The notes: generated by a model not told the origin, from the sequence alone. Positions 50,213 to 60,650 are shown, counted from the first letter of the stretch. The stretch: 64,000 bases of DNA from Bacteroidetes bacterium 2013_40CM_41_45 (GCA_002215675.1 NGFH01000002.1:221887-285886); one strand, 5' to 3'. Made by a program: numbers and translations.

Positions 50213-50761
50213 ATGAATGAACCGGTACATATGGTGGACGAGGAACTTATCAGGAGTTGCCTTTCGGGTGACAGAAACGCACAGAAAGTTCTGTTTGATA
50301 AGTACACCCGCAGAATGATGGGTATCTGTATGCGATATGCTCCGAGCAGGGAAGAAGCCGAGGATATGTTGCAGGAAGGATGGATAAAAGTTTTCAGAAA
50401 CCTGCACTCATTCCGGTTCGAAGGTTCGGCAGAAGGTTGGATAAAAAGAATAATGGTAAATACGTGTCTTGAAACACTGAGGAAAAATAAAAAGATGGCA
50501 AACCAGGTAGAGCTAGATGATGTTTATGAATCGGTATACACCGAAATAAATTCAGCTGATTTTATGTCTGCCAAAGAGTTGCTTAAACTGATACATAAAT
50601 TGCCAAGTGGTTACCGCACCGTGTTCAATTTATTTGCCATTGAAGGATACAGTCATAAAGAAATTGCAGCAATGCTTTCTATAACAGAAAATACTTCCAA
50701 GTCGCAGTACAGCAGGGCGCGCATGCACCTGCAAAGAATGCTGCTGCTTGAAAATGCATAG
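50213..50761 (+). CDS. RNA polymerase ECF sigma factor (sigma-70 family)
   Basis: 182 aa; region 2 (EDMLQEGWIKVF) and region 4 HTH (YSHKEIAAMLSITENTSKSQYSRAR). Confidence 0.85.
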   Translation: MNEPVHMVDEELIRSCLSGDRNAQKVLFDKYTRRMMGICMRYAPSREEAEDMLQEGWIKVFRNLHSFRFEGSAEGWIKRIMVNTCLETLRKNKKMANQVELDDVYESVYTEINSADFMSAKELLKLIHKLPSGYRTVFNLFAIEGYSHKEIAAMLSITENTSKSQYSRARMHLQRMLLLENA

Positions 50762-50778
50762 TACAAGCGCATAATAAC

Positions 50779-51765
50779 ATGAGAGAACAAAACATAGAAA
50801 AATTATTCAAGGATACTTTCAGCAATTTTGAAGCTGATGTGAATCCCTCTGTGTGGTCAAACATTGAGCAGGGCTTGCCTGCTTCCCCGCAGCACATTCC
50901 GGGCAGTTCACCTGTTGCGAAACCGTCAGGATTTTTTGGAAAAATTAGTTTGAACACTATCGTTCTTGTTGCTGCTATATCAGCCACTATTATCGGAACT
51001 ACACTTTATTTCTCATCTCAGAAACCCACTTCGCAGAATATTCTTGCTCAGCAAGTTCAGGCGCAGCCGCAGGTCATGAAAGACAATTCAATAGCTGTTT
51101 CTAAAGCAGCACCGGTTACATCACTGAGCAACGCTCCAGTTGGAGGATCAAAAAATGTTGCTGAAAAACAAACAGCAGCTAAGGCAAAAGAAAAGGTGTA
51201 TCTGAATCAACCGCCTAGGCAAGCTCCTTCTGAAGCAAAAACAGAAAATGTCTCTAATGCTAATTCTGTACAGGTTTCTGTAGAAAAACCTTCCTCGCCT
51301 GAACCGGTTAATGTTGTTGCACCGCAGCATACATCTTCCTCGTTACAGAAAATGGCTATCGAAAATAATCAGCAGCAAGCTTCCAAAACAAGTGCTCTTC
51401 CTTCAGTTGAAAATCCGGTCGCAACAGCAGCACCTTCCAATAAGGTACCTGCCACTCATGAAGCAACACCAGGCTCTGAAGAGCAGTTCCATTTCTTTGT
51501 TCCCAATGTATTTACTCCGAATGGTGACGGGCTTAACGATAATTTAAAACCGGTGAGCAACTATAATGTGAAGGAATATGAGCTAACCATTTTTGACCGC
51601 TACGGCTTTGAGATATTTAAATCAAAAGACATTGATTTTTCGTGGGATGGTAAATTGAAGAATGGAGAAGAAGCAACCGAGGCGGTTTATGTTTACATCA
51701 TTAAACTGGTAGATTTTAATGACGAAGAGCACAATTATATGGGCTATGTAGCATTACTTAAATAG
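50779..51765 (+). CDS. anti-sigma-like single-pass membrane protein ending in a T9SS type-B (gliding-motility-associated) C-terminal domain
   Basis: Short cytoplasmic N-term, TM ISLNTIVLVAAISATIIGTTLYF, Q/A/P/S-rich linker, C-term FFVPNVFTPNGDGLNDNLKP...YVYIIKLVDFN..GYVALLK. Confidence 0.5.
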   Translation: MREQNIEKLFKDTFSNFEADVNPSVWSNIEQGLPASPQHIPGSSPVAKPSGFFGKISLNTIVLVAAISATIIGTTLYFSSQKPTSQNILAQQVQAQPQVMKDNSIAVSKAAPVTSLSNAPVGGSKNVAEKQTAAKAKEKVYLNQPPRQAPSEAKTENVSNANSVQVSVEKPSSPEPVNVVAPQHTSSSLQKMAIENNQQQASKTSALPSVENPVATAAPSNKVPATHEATPGSEEQFHFFVPNVFTPNGDGLNDNLKPVSNYNVKEYELTIFDRYGFEIFKSKDIDFSWDGKLKNGEEATEAVYVYIIKLVDFNDEEHNYMGYVALLK

Positions 51766-51907
51766 ACTTATCATAGAGAGATTCACCCAGCATTTCAACG
51801 CACTGGTAAGGTCAAATAGACTGTTAATAAATATCAACTTGTTATCTTTTAACCTTTAAATTAAATTACCCTTCAAAATGACTCTGAAATTCAAAATTAC
51901 AAAGGCA

Positions 51908-54586
51908 ATGAAAAAAATATTTAGCCGAAACGCGGCACTTATAATGGGTTTACTGTTTTCCTGTGCATCCATTACCCAGGCGCAAAATAATAATGTTTAT
52001 GCATGGCCTGATACTGCCATTTGCCAGGGAGCATCCGTAACATTGAACGTGAGTGCGGTGCCTGCTATTGTGCCTAATTCTACCGTAATGATTACCCCCA
52101 TTGGTGATGACCAATGGAGTCCTATCGTTAGCCTTCCGTTTCCGTTTACTTTTTATGGAAACATTTACAATCAATGCATCATAGGTTCAAATGGCGAAGT
52201 CGGGTTTAACACTGTAAGTGCCGGTGGATATAATACCTGGCCCATTAATGTGACCATGCCGTCGCCAACTCCTGTGGACCTTCGCAACACCATCATGGGA
52301 CCCTGGCAGGATAATTATCCGCCATTGAGTGGTTCAATACGTGTAGGAACATTCGGAACTGCACCTAACCGGATTTTTGTTGCCGAGTGGGACGATATTC
52401 CTATGTATGCTTGTAATCAAACGTGTATAGGCAACCAGATTCAGTTGTATGAAACATCTAATATTATTGAAATACATATCGCTGCCAAAAATTTGTGCGC
52501 TACCTGGAACCAGGGACGCGCCATTGAAGGACTTAATAATGCAACAGGAACCATAGCGCACATTGTGCCGGGCAGAAATTGCTGTACCCAATGGACGGCA
52601 TTCCAGGATGCTTACAGGTTCACGCCTTCACCGGGTCCTACCTGGTATACAGTTGCACCGACTACCTTTTTACCTAGAATATTTGTTGCTTCAACCAATA
52701 TAAATATAACATGGCTTCTTAATGGTAACCCGGTTGGAAACGGCCCCACTCTGAATGTTTCTCCGGTAACTACTTCAAATTATATTGCTCAGGTATCGTA
52801 TACAAGCTGCGGTAATTATTCTTTCAGTGATACGGTAACCGTTACGGTTAGCCCTCCGTTCACGCTTAACTTCAACCCAATCGTAAATGTATTATGCTTT
52901 GGAGGCAGCACCGGCTCGGCTACTATTAATGCATCAGCCAATGCGGCGCTTCCCCTAGCATACTTGTGGAGCACTACGCCCCCGGAGACTACCGCGACAG
53001 GGAATAGTCTCAATGCTAACACTTATACGGTTACTGTTACCGATAACGGAGGGTGTATTGTAAGCGCCTCCGTAACCATAACGGAGCCGCCCGACCTTAT
53101 TGTTACACCCGACCCTCCTACAAATGTTCAGTGTTTTGGGCAGGGTAATGGAGTAGCTTCTGTTACTGTAAATGGCGGGGTCGCACCATACGCATATTTA
53201 TGGTCGAATGGAGCTAACAGTAATCCCAATACAAGTCTTGGTGGCAATACATATACCGTAACCGTTACCGATGCCAATGGATGTACAAAAACAGCGTCAG
53301 TGACTGTTACTGAACCTACACAATTGGTTATTAATCCTACCACTTCACAAACTATTTGTATCGGCACCTCATTAAATCTTTGCCCTAATGAATCGGGAGG
53401 TACCCCTGGCTATACGTATCTATGGTCTGACGGCTCTATGACGCAATGCATTAATGTGAGCCCAGCTATATCTACAATTTATACGGTAACCGTTACCGAT
53501 GCTAATAACTGCATAATTACTTCCTCTCCAATTTTCATTACGGTTAATCCTCCTCTCACTGTTACTGCGGTAGTAAATGACCCTGACATTTGTGTTGGCA
53601 CGCAGGTATTTCTAAGCGCTGTTGGCGTTAGCGGTGGCGATGGAAATTATTCTTACAACTGGATTCCCGGAATAGGCAGTACTGCAGGACCTCTTGGACA
53701 CTCTCCTGTTGTTACAACCAATTACACTGTTATAGTAACGGACGGATGCGGTACTCCTGCTGCAACCGACACGGTTACAGTTGTCGTAAACCCCTTACCG
53801 TTAGCACTGTTTAGCGGAACAAACCTTAGCGGTTGTGTTCCGTTTGATGCCTGCTTCCAGGATTTGTCAAACGTAAGCACGGGCAGCATTACACAATGGC
53901 TGTGGGATTTCGGAGATGGTTCTTCGGGTGCGGCAACTCAAAATCCGTGTCATACCTATACTTCTCCTTCATCGCCTAACCTGTATAATGTTACGCTCTC
54001 CGTTACATCCAATGCCGGATGCTCTCAATCATTCACCATCAATAATTATGTAGACGCACACCCGGTTACCACAGCATATTTCACAATGTATCCCAAGTTT
54101 ACTACCCTGGCAGAGCCCAATATTAATTTTGATGCGAGTGGAGACCCTCTGTGGATATATCACTGGTCATTCGGAGACGGATATTCTGACACCTCACAGA
54201 GTGTTACACACCCTTACACCGCTGTAGGCAAGTACCAGGTTTGTCTCTACACAACGAATACATATAACTGCGCCGATACGCTTTGCGATTCGGTTGATGT
54301 CCGCGCAGATTTCTCATTCTATGTTCCCAATGCATTTACACCCAACCACGATTTGGTTAACGAAGTATTTACTCCTATGGGCCGTAGCTTCCAGGAGTAT
54401 GACCTTACCATATACGACCGCTGGGGAACTATTATTTTCCGTTCAAAAGACATAAGATTTTCCTGGGATGGTAAACTAAGCAATGGCGATGATGCCCCGA
54501 CAGGTATTTATATTTACAATATCGATTTGCGAGACCTCGATGGCGTAAAGCATAATTTTATCGGCAACGTGGCGTTGATTCGTTAG
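51908..54586 (+). CDS. SprB-repeat/PKD cell-surface protein with T9SS type-B C-terminal domain
   Basis: Signal peptide; repeated C.G...G.A...........YLWSNG......LG.NTYTVTVTD.NGC modules; C-term FYVPNAFTPNHD...IYIYNIDL..GNVALIR. Confidence 0.7.
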   Translation: MKKIFSRNAALIMGLLFSCASITQAQNNNVYAWPDTAICQGASVTLNVSAVPAIVPNSTVMITPIGDDQWSPIVSLPFPFTFYGNIYNQCIIGSNGEVGFNTVSAGGYNTWPINVTMPSPTPVDLRNTIMGPWQDNYPPLSGSIRVGTFGTAPNRIFVAEWDDIPMYACNQTCIGNQIQLYETSNIIEIHIAAKNLCATWNQGRAIEGLNNATGTIAHIVPGRNCCTQWTAFQDAYRFTPSPGPTWYTVAPTTFLPRIFVASTNINITWLLNGNPVGNGPTLNVSPVTTSNYIAQVSYTSCGNYSFSDTVTVTVSPPFTLNFNPIVNVLCFGGSTGSATINASANAALPLAYLWSTTPPETTATGNSLNANTYTVTVTDNGGCIVSASVTITEPPDLIVTPDPPTNVQCFGQGNGVASVTVNGGVAPYAYLWSNGANSNPNTSLGGNTYTVTVTDANGCTKTASVTVTEPTQLVINPTTSQTICIGTSLNLCPNESGGTPGYTYLWSDGSMTQCINVSPAISTIYTVTVTDANNCIITSSPIFITVNPPLTVTAVVNDPDICVGTQVFLSAVGVSGGDGNYSYNWIPGIGSTAGPLGHSPVVTTNYTVIVTDGCGTPAATDTVTVVVNPLPLALFSGTNLSGCVPFDACFQDLSNVSTGSITQWLWDFGDGSSGAATQNPCHTYTSPSSPNLYNVTLSVTSNAGCSQSFTINNYVDAHPVTTAYFTMYPKFTTLAEPNINFDASGDPLWIYHWSFGDGYSDTSQSVTHPYTAVGKYQVCLYTTNTYNCADTLCDSVDVRADFSFYVPNAFTPNHDLVNEVFTPMGRSFQEYDLTIYDRWGTIIFRSKDIRFSWDGKLSNGDDAPTGIYIYNIDLRDLDGVKHNFIGNVALIR

Positions 54587-54610
54587 GCTTAGTTTAGTTT
54601 TCGTGTAAAA

Positions 54611-54641
54611 GTTCTCCCTTTTTGGGGAGAACTTTTTTTTT
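54611..54641 (+). terminator. rho-independent terminator
   Basis: gttctccc-tttttg-gggagaac followed by T9. Confidence 0.7.
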
Positions 54642-54682
54642 GTCTGTGTTCGGATAACTTTGCATCATCTTATTTTCTCATC

Positions 54683-56080
54683 ATGAATTACAGAACCGAA
54701 AAAGATACCATGGGAACCGTCCAGGTTCCTGCCGATAAATACTGGGGCGCACAAACGCAGCGTTCTATAGAGAATTTCAATATCGCCCGCGACATTAACC
54801 GCATGCCCTTGGAAATTATCCGGGCTTTTGCTGTTCTGAAAAAAGCTGCTGCCCTCACCAACCTGGATGCAGGTGTTTTGTCCAAAGAAAAATGTGACCT
54901 CATTTGTAAAGTATGCGATGAAATTCTTGATGGAAAATTAGACGACCAGTTTCCTTTGGTTGTATGGCAGACCGGAAGCGGCACGCAAAGCAATATGAAT
55001 GTTAACGAAGTGATTGCGTACCGCGCTCACGTTCTTAGCGGAGGGAAATTAACGGACGAGAAAAAAATAATTCACCCCAATGATGATGTAAACAAATCGC
55101 AATCGTCTAACGATACATTTCCAACAGCAATGCACATTGCCGCATATAAAACTCTTGCAGAGACTACGCTGGCGGGGATGAAAAAGCTTCGCGATACGCT
55201 GGATAAGAAAGCGAAAGAAAATATGAAGGTGGTAAAAATCGGCAGGACGCACCTGATGGATGCTACCCCGCTAACCCTTGGGCAGGAACTTTCCGGCTAT
55301 GTTTCGCAGCTTGACCATGGAGGGCGCGCCATAGAAAATTCTATGAAGCATCTTTCAGAACTTGCACTGGGTGGCACAGCCGTTGGAACAGGAATCAATA
55401 CACCAAAAAATTATTCAGTGAATGTTGCAAAGAAGATAGCTGAGCTTACCAAGCTTCCTTTTATTACGGCTGAAAATAAATTTGAGGCGCTTGCAGCACA
55501 TGATGCCATAGTGGAATCTCATGGAGCATTGAAAACCGTTGCTGCCTCGCTTATGAAAATTGCAAATGATATCCGCCTGCTGGCATCGGGCCCGCGGTGC
55601 GGTATCGGTGAAATATTTATTCCTGACAACGAACCGGGCTCATCCATTATGCCGGGAAAAGTAAATCCAACGCAGTGCGAGGCCATGACCATGGTTGCTG
55701 CGCAGGTTTTGGGCAATGATGTTGCTATAAACATCGGTGGGGCTTCAGGTCAATTTGAACTGAATGTTTTTAAGCCGATGATAATTTATAATTTTCTTCA
55801 CTCGGCACGACTTATTGGTGAAGTATGTGTATCGTTCAACGACAAATGTGCTGTTGGCATAGAACCTATTCACGAGAACATCCGGAGAAATCTTGAAAAC
55901 TCCCTGATGCTGGTTACAGCTTTAACTCCGCATATCGGTTACGAGAACGCAGGAAAGATTGCCAAGAAGGCCCAAAAGGAAAATAAAACCCTTCGCGAAG
56001 CCGCCATTGAACTGGGACTCCTTACTTCAGAGCAATTTGACGAATGGGTAAATCCTGAAAAAATGGTAGGGGATATTTAA
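54683..56080 (+). CDS. fumC: fumarate hydratase class II
   Basis: 465 aa; [16 protein letters not shown] lyase signature. Confidence 0.9.
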   Translation: MNYRTEKDTMGTVQVPADKYWGAQTQRSIENFNIARDINRMPLEIIRAFAVLKKAAALTNLDAGVLSKEKCDLICKVCDEILDGKLDDQFPLVVWQTGSGTQSNMNVNEVIAYRAHVLSGGKLTDEKKIIHPNDDVNKSQSSNDTFPTAMHIAAYKTLAETTLAGMKKLRDTLDKKAKENMKVVKIGRTHLMDATPLTLGQELSGYVSQLDHGGRAIENSMKHLSELALGGTAVGTGINTPKNYSVNVAKKIAELTKLPFITAENKFEALAAHDAIVESHGALKTVAASLMKIANDIRLLASGPRCGIGEIFIPDNEPGSSIMPGKVNPTQCEAMTMVAAQVLGNDVAINIGGASGQFELNVFKPMIIYNFLHSARLIGEVCVSFNDKCAVGIEPIHENIRRNLENSLMLVTALTPHIGYENAGKIAKKAQKENKTLREAAIELGLLTSEQFDEWVNPEKMVGDI

Positions 56081-56093
56081 AAGGCATTAATCA

Positions 56094-57179
56094 CTACGTA
56101 AACTTTTCGCCCTTCTTTACTTTCACATCGCTTACAAGCTGGCGGATTTCCTGCTCTTGTGATTTGGGGCAGATGAGCAGAATATTTTCTGCTTCCACCA
56201 CAATAAAATCTTCAAGCCCTTTAATTACGGCAAGCTTGTCTTTAGGAATATTGATGATGCAATTTTTAGTGTCATCCAACATTGCATGGTTCCCGGTTAC
56301 AGCGTTTCCATTGGCATCGTGCGGCAGGTGCTCATACAGCGAGGTCCATGTTCCCAAATCGCTCCAACCGAAATCAGAAGCAAGCACGTAAACATTCTTT
56401 GCTTTTTCCATGATACCATAATCAATGGAAATATTTTTGCACTGTGAGTATGCTTTCCTTATGAACTCTGCCTCTTCTGGAGTGTTATAAATATTTGCAC
56501 CGTCTTTAAAAAGAGTAGCTACTTCGGGCAGATATTCTTCAAATGCCCTGAGAATGGCTTTGGCATTCCAGATGAAAATTCCGGAGTTCCATAAAAAGTC
56601 ACCACTGCGTATAAAAAACTTCGCCATCTCCTCGTTGGGCTTTTCGGTAAAAGTTTTTACAGGGCGTATGTGCAACATTTCTGTGGAGCCATCTTCCCTG
56701 AACTGGATATATCCATAACCCGTGTCGGGCCGGTCGGGCCTGATGCCCAGGGTAACAAGCGCATTTTTCTTCTTGGTAAACTCCAGCGCAGAACCGATGG
56801 ATTTAATGAATGACGGCTCATCTTTAATCAGGTGGTCACTGGGAGTTACTACAATGTTAGCCTCACGGTCAAGCGCATAGATTTTATTACAAGCATAGGC
56901 AACGCAGGGAGCTGTATTTCTGCGCTGCGGTTCGGCAATAATCTGCCGGGGTTTTATACCCGGTATTTGCTCCTGCACCAGGTCGGTATAGGATTCGCTG
57001 GTAACAATAATTATGTTTTCTTCAGGACAAATAATCTTAAACCTGTCATACGTTTGGCGGAGCAGCGATTTGCCGGTGCCCAGGATATCGAGAAACTGCT
57101 TAGGGTGCCCGGTGCGGCTTAAAGGCCAGAATCGGCTGCCGATACCACCCGCCATTATCACACAATACCGGTCTTGCAT
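56094..57179 (-). CDS. mannose-1-phosphate guanylyltransferase
   Basis: 361 aa; IMAGGIGSRFWPLS nucleotidyltransferase motif, no PMI domain. Confidence 0.85.
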   Translation of the reverse strand: MQDRYCVIMAGGIGSRFWPLSRTGHPKQFLDILGTGKSLLRQTYDRFKIICPEENIIIVTSESYTDLVQEQIPGIKPRQIIAEPQRRNTAPCVAYACNKIYALDREANIVVTPSDHLIKDEPSFIKSIGSALEFTKKKNALVTLGIRPDRPDTGYGYIQFREDGSTEMLHIRPVKTFTEKPNEEMAKFFIRSGDFLWNSGIFIWNAKAILRAFEEYLPEVATLFKDGANIYNTPEEAEFIRKAYSQCKNISIDYGIMEKAKNVYVLASDFGWSDLGTWTSLYEHLPHDANGNAVTGNHAMLDDTKNCIINIPKDKLAVIKGLEDFIVVEAENILLICPKSQEQEIRQLVSDVKVKKGEKFT

Positions 57180-57349
57180 GAGCGCAAAGTAAAGAAAAAT
57201 GCAGGAGTGATTTTAAATAACCTAAATACCTCAGGTCAATATTTTTCTCCCATTTGAGCGGCTCAAAGAAGAAAAAGTATTTTTGAGAACGAAAAATTAC
57301 ACAAATCCTGAATTTTAATGGCACGGAAATTTAATTCTATTTTTGCAAG

Positions 57350-58789
57350 ATGAAAATTACTCGTTTTGTCCTTTCTGATTACCATCAGTTTAGGTATCTC
57401 AATATTAATTTGACTTATCCAAAAGAGCATGTAAAAGCAGGGCAACCTTTAGATAAAGTTTGCTTCATTGGAAAAAATGGAACGGGAAAAACTACAATTC
57501 TTAAAACAATAAAACAGTTCCTGCTCATTTTTGAGTTAAATGCACTTCATCAAGGGCTTCTTGAAGATAGTCACGAGCCTACCCAATTTTGCTTTGAGGT
57601 TGAATATAAAAATAAAAAATTTTTATTTGGGAAATTCATTCTTTTTTTACCTAATGCAGAAACTAGAATAAGGGCTAATGTGCAAGTATTAGAGAGAAGT
57701 TTTTACGAACAAATACCTGACTTCTTTGAGAATGTTTTTGTAAAAAAAGATTCTAATCTTATTCAAAAAATATTTGAGGAAAGCAGAAAGCCAGATCATG
57801 TTGCATCAGATGCCATTATAAGAAACGAAATAAAAGCCAAACTATCTAGAGAGAGTTTGTTAGTTTATGCACCAACAGAATATAATATTAATAAATCAGG
57901 TTCAGAAATTTATTCTTTAACTGATTTGAATGAAGGGTTGAAATTTGGAAATGCGTTGCCTTATTACCACGAAATCTCTTTTGATTACTTGAAAAACTTT
58001 TGGTCTTTACTGATTTATCAAGTACAACTTAGAGAAAGGGAAAGAAATGAATTTGAAAATACAAAAGATAATCGTAAAAGAACAAAGGAAGAATTAATAG
58101 AAATTTTTGAAAAAGAACATCCGGAAATTTTAAAAATAATTGCAAAAAAATGGGATATTATTTTAGGCCAGGTCGGACTTTATTTAGATGCTGAAAATGC
58201 AAAGAAACCTATTGTCTTAACCGATCAATTAATTGCTTACATAAAAGATAAAAAAAATCATAAAAATATTCCCTTTGGAGCTTTAAGTTCAGGAATCAAA
58301 AATTTGATTTATAGTCTTGGTTACTTGACTTCTCTCTATTTTAATCGCTCAATTAAATCATCAACAGTAATATTTGATGAACCAGAATTTAGTTTGTTTC
58401 CTGATATATTGTTAAAATTAATTGACTTTTATACAAATCCAAAAGATTTTCCTAACACACAATTTTTCTTTGCAACTCATAGTCCACTTATTGCCTCACA
58501 ATTTGAACCTGAAGAACGAGTTTGTTTACATTTTGACGATGAGAGAAAAGTTTATTCTACGACGGGTATCGCTCCGCTTGGAGATGATTCATCGGATTTA
58601 TTGCTGAAAGATTTTGGACTAGAGGAGGTTATGCCTGCTTATGGAGTATCAATGTGGAAAAAGTATCTTGAGCTAAAACGAAAAATTGATAAAGAACCTA
58701 ATCCAGATAAAATTAAAAATATCCTGAAAGAATTTGCTGATTTAAGACAAGATTACAATTTCCCAGATCTTTATGAACCGAATAAGTAA
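57350..58789 (+). CDS. ABC-like/SMC-like ATPase (AAA_15/AAA_21-type), PtuA-like candidate defence ATPase
   Basis: Walker A GKNGTGKTT (res 42-50), signature LSSGIKN, Walker B VIFDEPE, H-loop FATHSPL; AT-rich; TAnnTTTG box 57338-57345 4 nt before ATG. Confidence 0.75.
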   Translation: MKITRFVLSDYHQFRYLNINLTYPKEHVKAGQPLDKVCFIGKNGTGKTTILKTIKQFLLIFELNALHQGLLEDSHEPTQFCFEVEYKNKKFLFGKFILFLPNAETRIRANVQVLERSFYEQIPDFFENVFVKKDSNLIQKIFEESRKPDHVASDAIIRNEIKAKLSRESLLVYAPTEYNINKSGSEIYSLTDLNEGLKFGNALPYYHEISFDYLKNFWSLLIYQVQLRERERNEFENTKDNRKRTKEELIEIFEKEHPEILKIIAKKWDIILGQVGLYLDAENAKKPIVLTDQLIAYIKDKKNHKNIPFGALSSGIKNLIYSLGYLTSLYFNRSIKSSTVIFDEPEFSLFPDILLKLIDFYTNPKDFPNTQFFFATHSPLIASQFEPEERVCLHFDDERKVYSTTGIAPLGDDSSDLLLKDFGLEEVMPAYGVSMWKKYLELKRKIDKEPNPDKIKNILKEFADLRQDYNFPDLYEPNK

Positions 58790-59342
58790 GCCAGCGAATT
58801 CAGAAATAATCACACGTGGCATTGTTTATAAAGAGGGTGGTGATAACTCAGGACTTAGAGAGATTTTAATTAGGGAGCAAAAAAATGTCTGTGCTTATAC
58901 TCAAGCGAGGGTCACAGAAGCTTTTTCTGTTGACACAGAACATTTTAATCCTACTCTAAAGAATACTGATGATGATAATTATAACAATTGGTTTGCGGTT
59001 AGTACAAAATGGAACCGTCAAAAAAGGAGTGTAGAAAAGTGGAATGAATACCAAGAAATCTTACATCCAACAGACGAAGAATTTGAAAAAAGAATAATCT
59101 ATAAAAACGGTGTGTATGAATGGAACGAAGGGGATGATGAAGCAAGACATCTTATAGAGTACTTAAACTTAAATCAAGAAAATCTTGTTAGGGATAGGAA
59201 AAGTCATTTAAAAACTTTGCAATTACTCCTTGAAAAATTTGGTAATGATACAGAACAGTTGAGAAATTATCTAGAAACTGAAGATCCTAATCAAATCCAA
59301 TATATCCGTGCTATACAAGAGGAGTTAGGAATTACTTTTTAA
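58773..59342 (+). CDS. HNH-like small protein (PtuB-like), partner of upstream ATPase
   Basis: 17-nt overlap with ATPase gene; ..VCAYTQARVTEAFSVDTEHFNP..N..W.. resembles degenerate HNH (CxxC...D/EH..P...N) core. Confidence 0.5.
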   Translation: MNRISKPANSEIITRGIVYKEGGDNSGLREILIREQKNVCAYTQARVTEAFSVDTEHFNPTLKNTDDDNYNNWFAVSTKWNRQKRSVEKWNEYQEILHPTDEEFEKRIIYKNGVYEWNEGDDEARHLIEYLNLNQENLVRDRKSHLKTLQLLLEKFGNDTEQLRNYLETEDPNQIQYIRAIQEELGITF

Positions 59343-59466
59343 AAAACATCACAAGAATTCTCTCCCCCGCCAAATTAAGCCCGATGGAGCGACCTTTTCG
59401 GGAGCGAGAGCGGGACGGGAGGTTGTGAGGGCTACAAAAGGGTGCTTCATGATCTTTTTTCTTCAG

Positions 59467-59517
59467 TTATTCTATTCCTAACAGCTTCAGATAGGCAGGG
59501 TCAACTTTGAATTTCAC
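59467..59517 (-). pseudogene. 3'-terminal remnant of a TPR-membrane-protein paralog
   Basis: Minus-strand reading VKFKVDPAYLKLLGIE* closely parallels C-terminus RKIDPAYLKLLGVQ* of the gene at 60872-62794; ~38/45 nt identity. Confidence 0.4.
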
Positions 59518-59522
59518 GCTTT

Positions 59523-60212
59523 TCATTGTTCATTATTTTCATCAACCGGCGGGGCAGGTGTATTTTTATCCGCACCAAACATATATTGTAAAATAAAATG
59601 CCATACAAGATTATTTCCGTTATTAAAGGTTGAAGTAAAATAGAAAGGCGGAGGGGAGTTGCGTTTAAAAACAGGTATCAGAGAATTGCTGTAGCGAAAA
59701 GAGAAATTAAAATGCTGAGAAAAATTATACCCTATTCCAGCAAGCAAACTCACATCCGTTTTGTTGAGATAGCTATCGTTACCATATGAATAAAAATTAT
59801 CACCGTCTGCCTTGTGACTGATTAATTTTCCCAGTGAAATTCCTGTGTGAAAATCAAATCTGTTTATAGGTTTTTTACCAATGTTGAAATTGAGACGCCA
59901 TTTAATAATAAGCGGAAATTCAAGATAGTTAAAAGAAATTTTATAGTAGCCGTTGCCGTTGGAGTCAGCGGGCTGCTGAGTTCCTTTTTGAATGTAATTA
60001 AGCTCTAACCTTAGGGTCGCTTTTTGACTTAAAACAGTGCTTACCGTGCCTCCAAAAGTAAAACCGGCTTTATGAAAATCGGTGTCATAATCATACAGGT
60101 CAGAGGCGTACACATCGGTAGCAACAAGTCCGCCGGAAATGCCTGCGTTGAAGCGTTGGGCATTCGCATGAATTGCAACCGGCAATAAGAGCACACAGAG
60201 AATTTTTTTCAT
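59523..60212 (-). CDS. outer membrane beta-barrel protein (porin-like, OMP_b-brl family)
   Basis: 229 aa, signal peptide, alternating beta strands, AT-rich. Confidence 0.55.
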   Translation of the reverse strand: MKKILCVLLLPVAIHANAQRFNAGISGGLVATDVYASDLYDYDTDFHKAGFTFGGTVSTVLSQKATLRLELNYIQKGTQQPADSNGNGYYKISFNYLEFPLIIKWRLNFNIGKKPINRFDFHTGISLGKLISHKADGDNFYSYGNDSYLNKTDVSLLAGIGYNFSQHFNFSFRYSNSLIPVFKRNSPPPFYFTSTFNNGNNLVWHFILQYMFGADKNTPAPPVDENNEQ

Positions 60213-60233
60213 TTGTCATTCCATCAATTGCGT

Positions 60234-60650
60234 TCATCCATATTTGGTCATTAATTCATCAACTTCTTCTGCCAATGTTTTCTTTGCATGATGCTCTTCC
60301 TGATTTTTAATATAACTGATTAGCGATTGAACTTGTGATTCGCTGACAGATACTGCAAAGTAATCATCTTGCCAGAAAAACTTTTCTTTAGTCAGTTTAT
60401 TTTTATTTATCCAATAAGAAGATTCGCCTTTTATTAATTGAGATACTTTTGAAATGGATAGGTCTTTTCCTAATGAAATCAAGCAATGCATATGTTCGGT
60501 ATGTCCGTTGATGGCTTGAAGAAATATTTATTTTTCCTTACAGTTGCTGATGACGTGTTTTTGAACATCAATTTTGACTTCTTTGGTGAGCCAAGGCATT
60601 CTGTTCTTAGTTGAGAATACTAAATGAACCCAGATTTTAACGTAAGACAT
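60234..60650 (-). pseudogene. tnpA: IS200/IS605-family (Y1 HuH) transposase tnpA with a single in-frame TAA at codon 41
   Basis: MSYVKIWVHLVFSTKNR...KEK*IFLQAINGHTEHMHCLISL...ISYIKNQEEHH: HuH motif and catalytic Tyr region present, one nonsense codon (tta at 60528-60530). Confidence 0.7.

Noticed and set aside
52800-53800. Periodic nucleotide repeats resembling a repeat array
   Set aside because: These encode tandem SprB-type protein repeats (…YLWSNG…NTYTVTVTD.NGC…) inside a continuous 900-aa ORF; not CRISPR or noncoding repeats.
54639-54662. Promoter for fumC (TTTG + TAACTTTG)
   Set aside because: The -7-like box TAACTTTG at 54655-54662 is present, but spacing to the only upstream TTTG is ~12 nt, too short for the Bacteroidota consensus; not reported as a feature.
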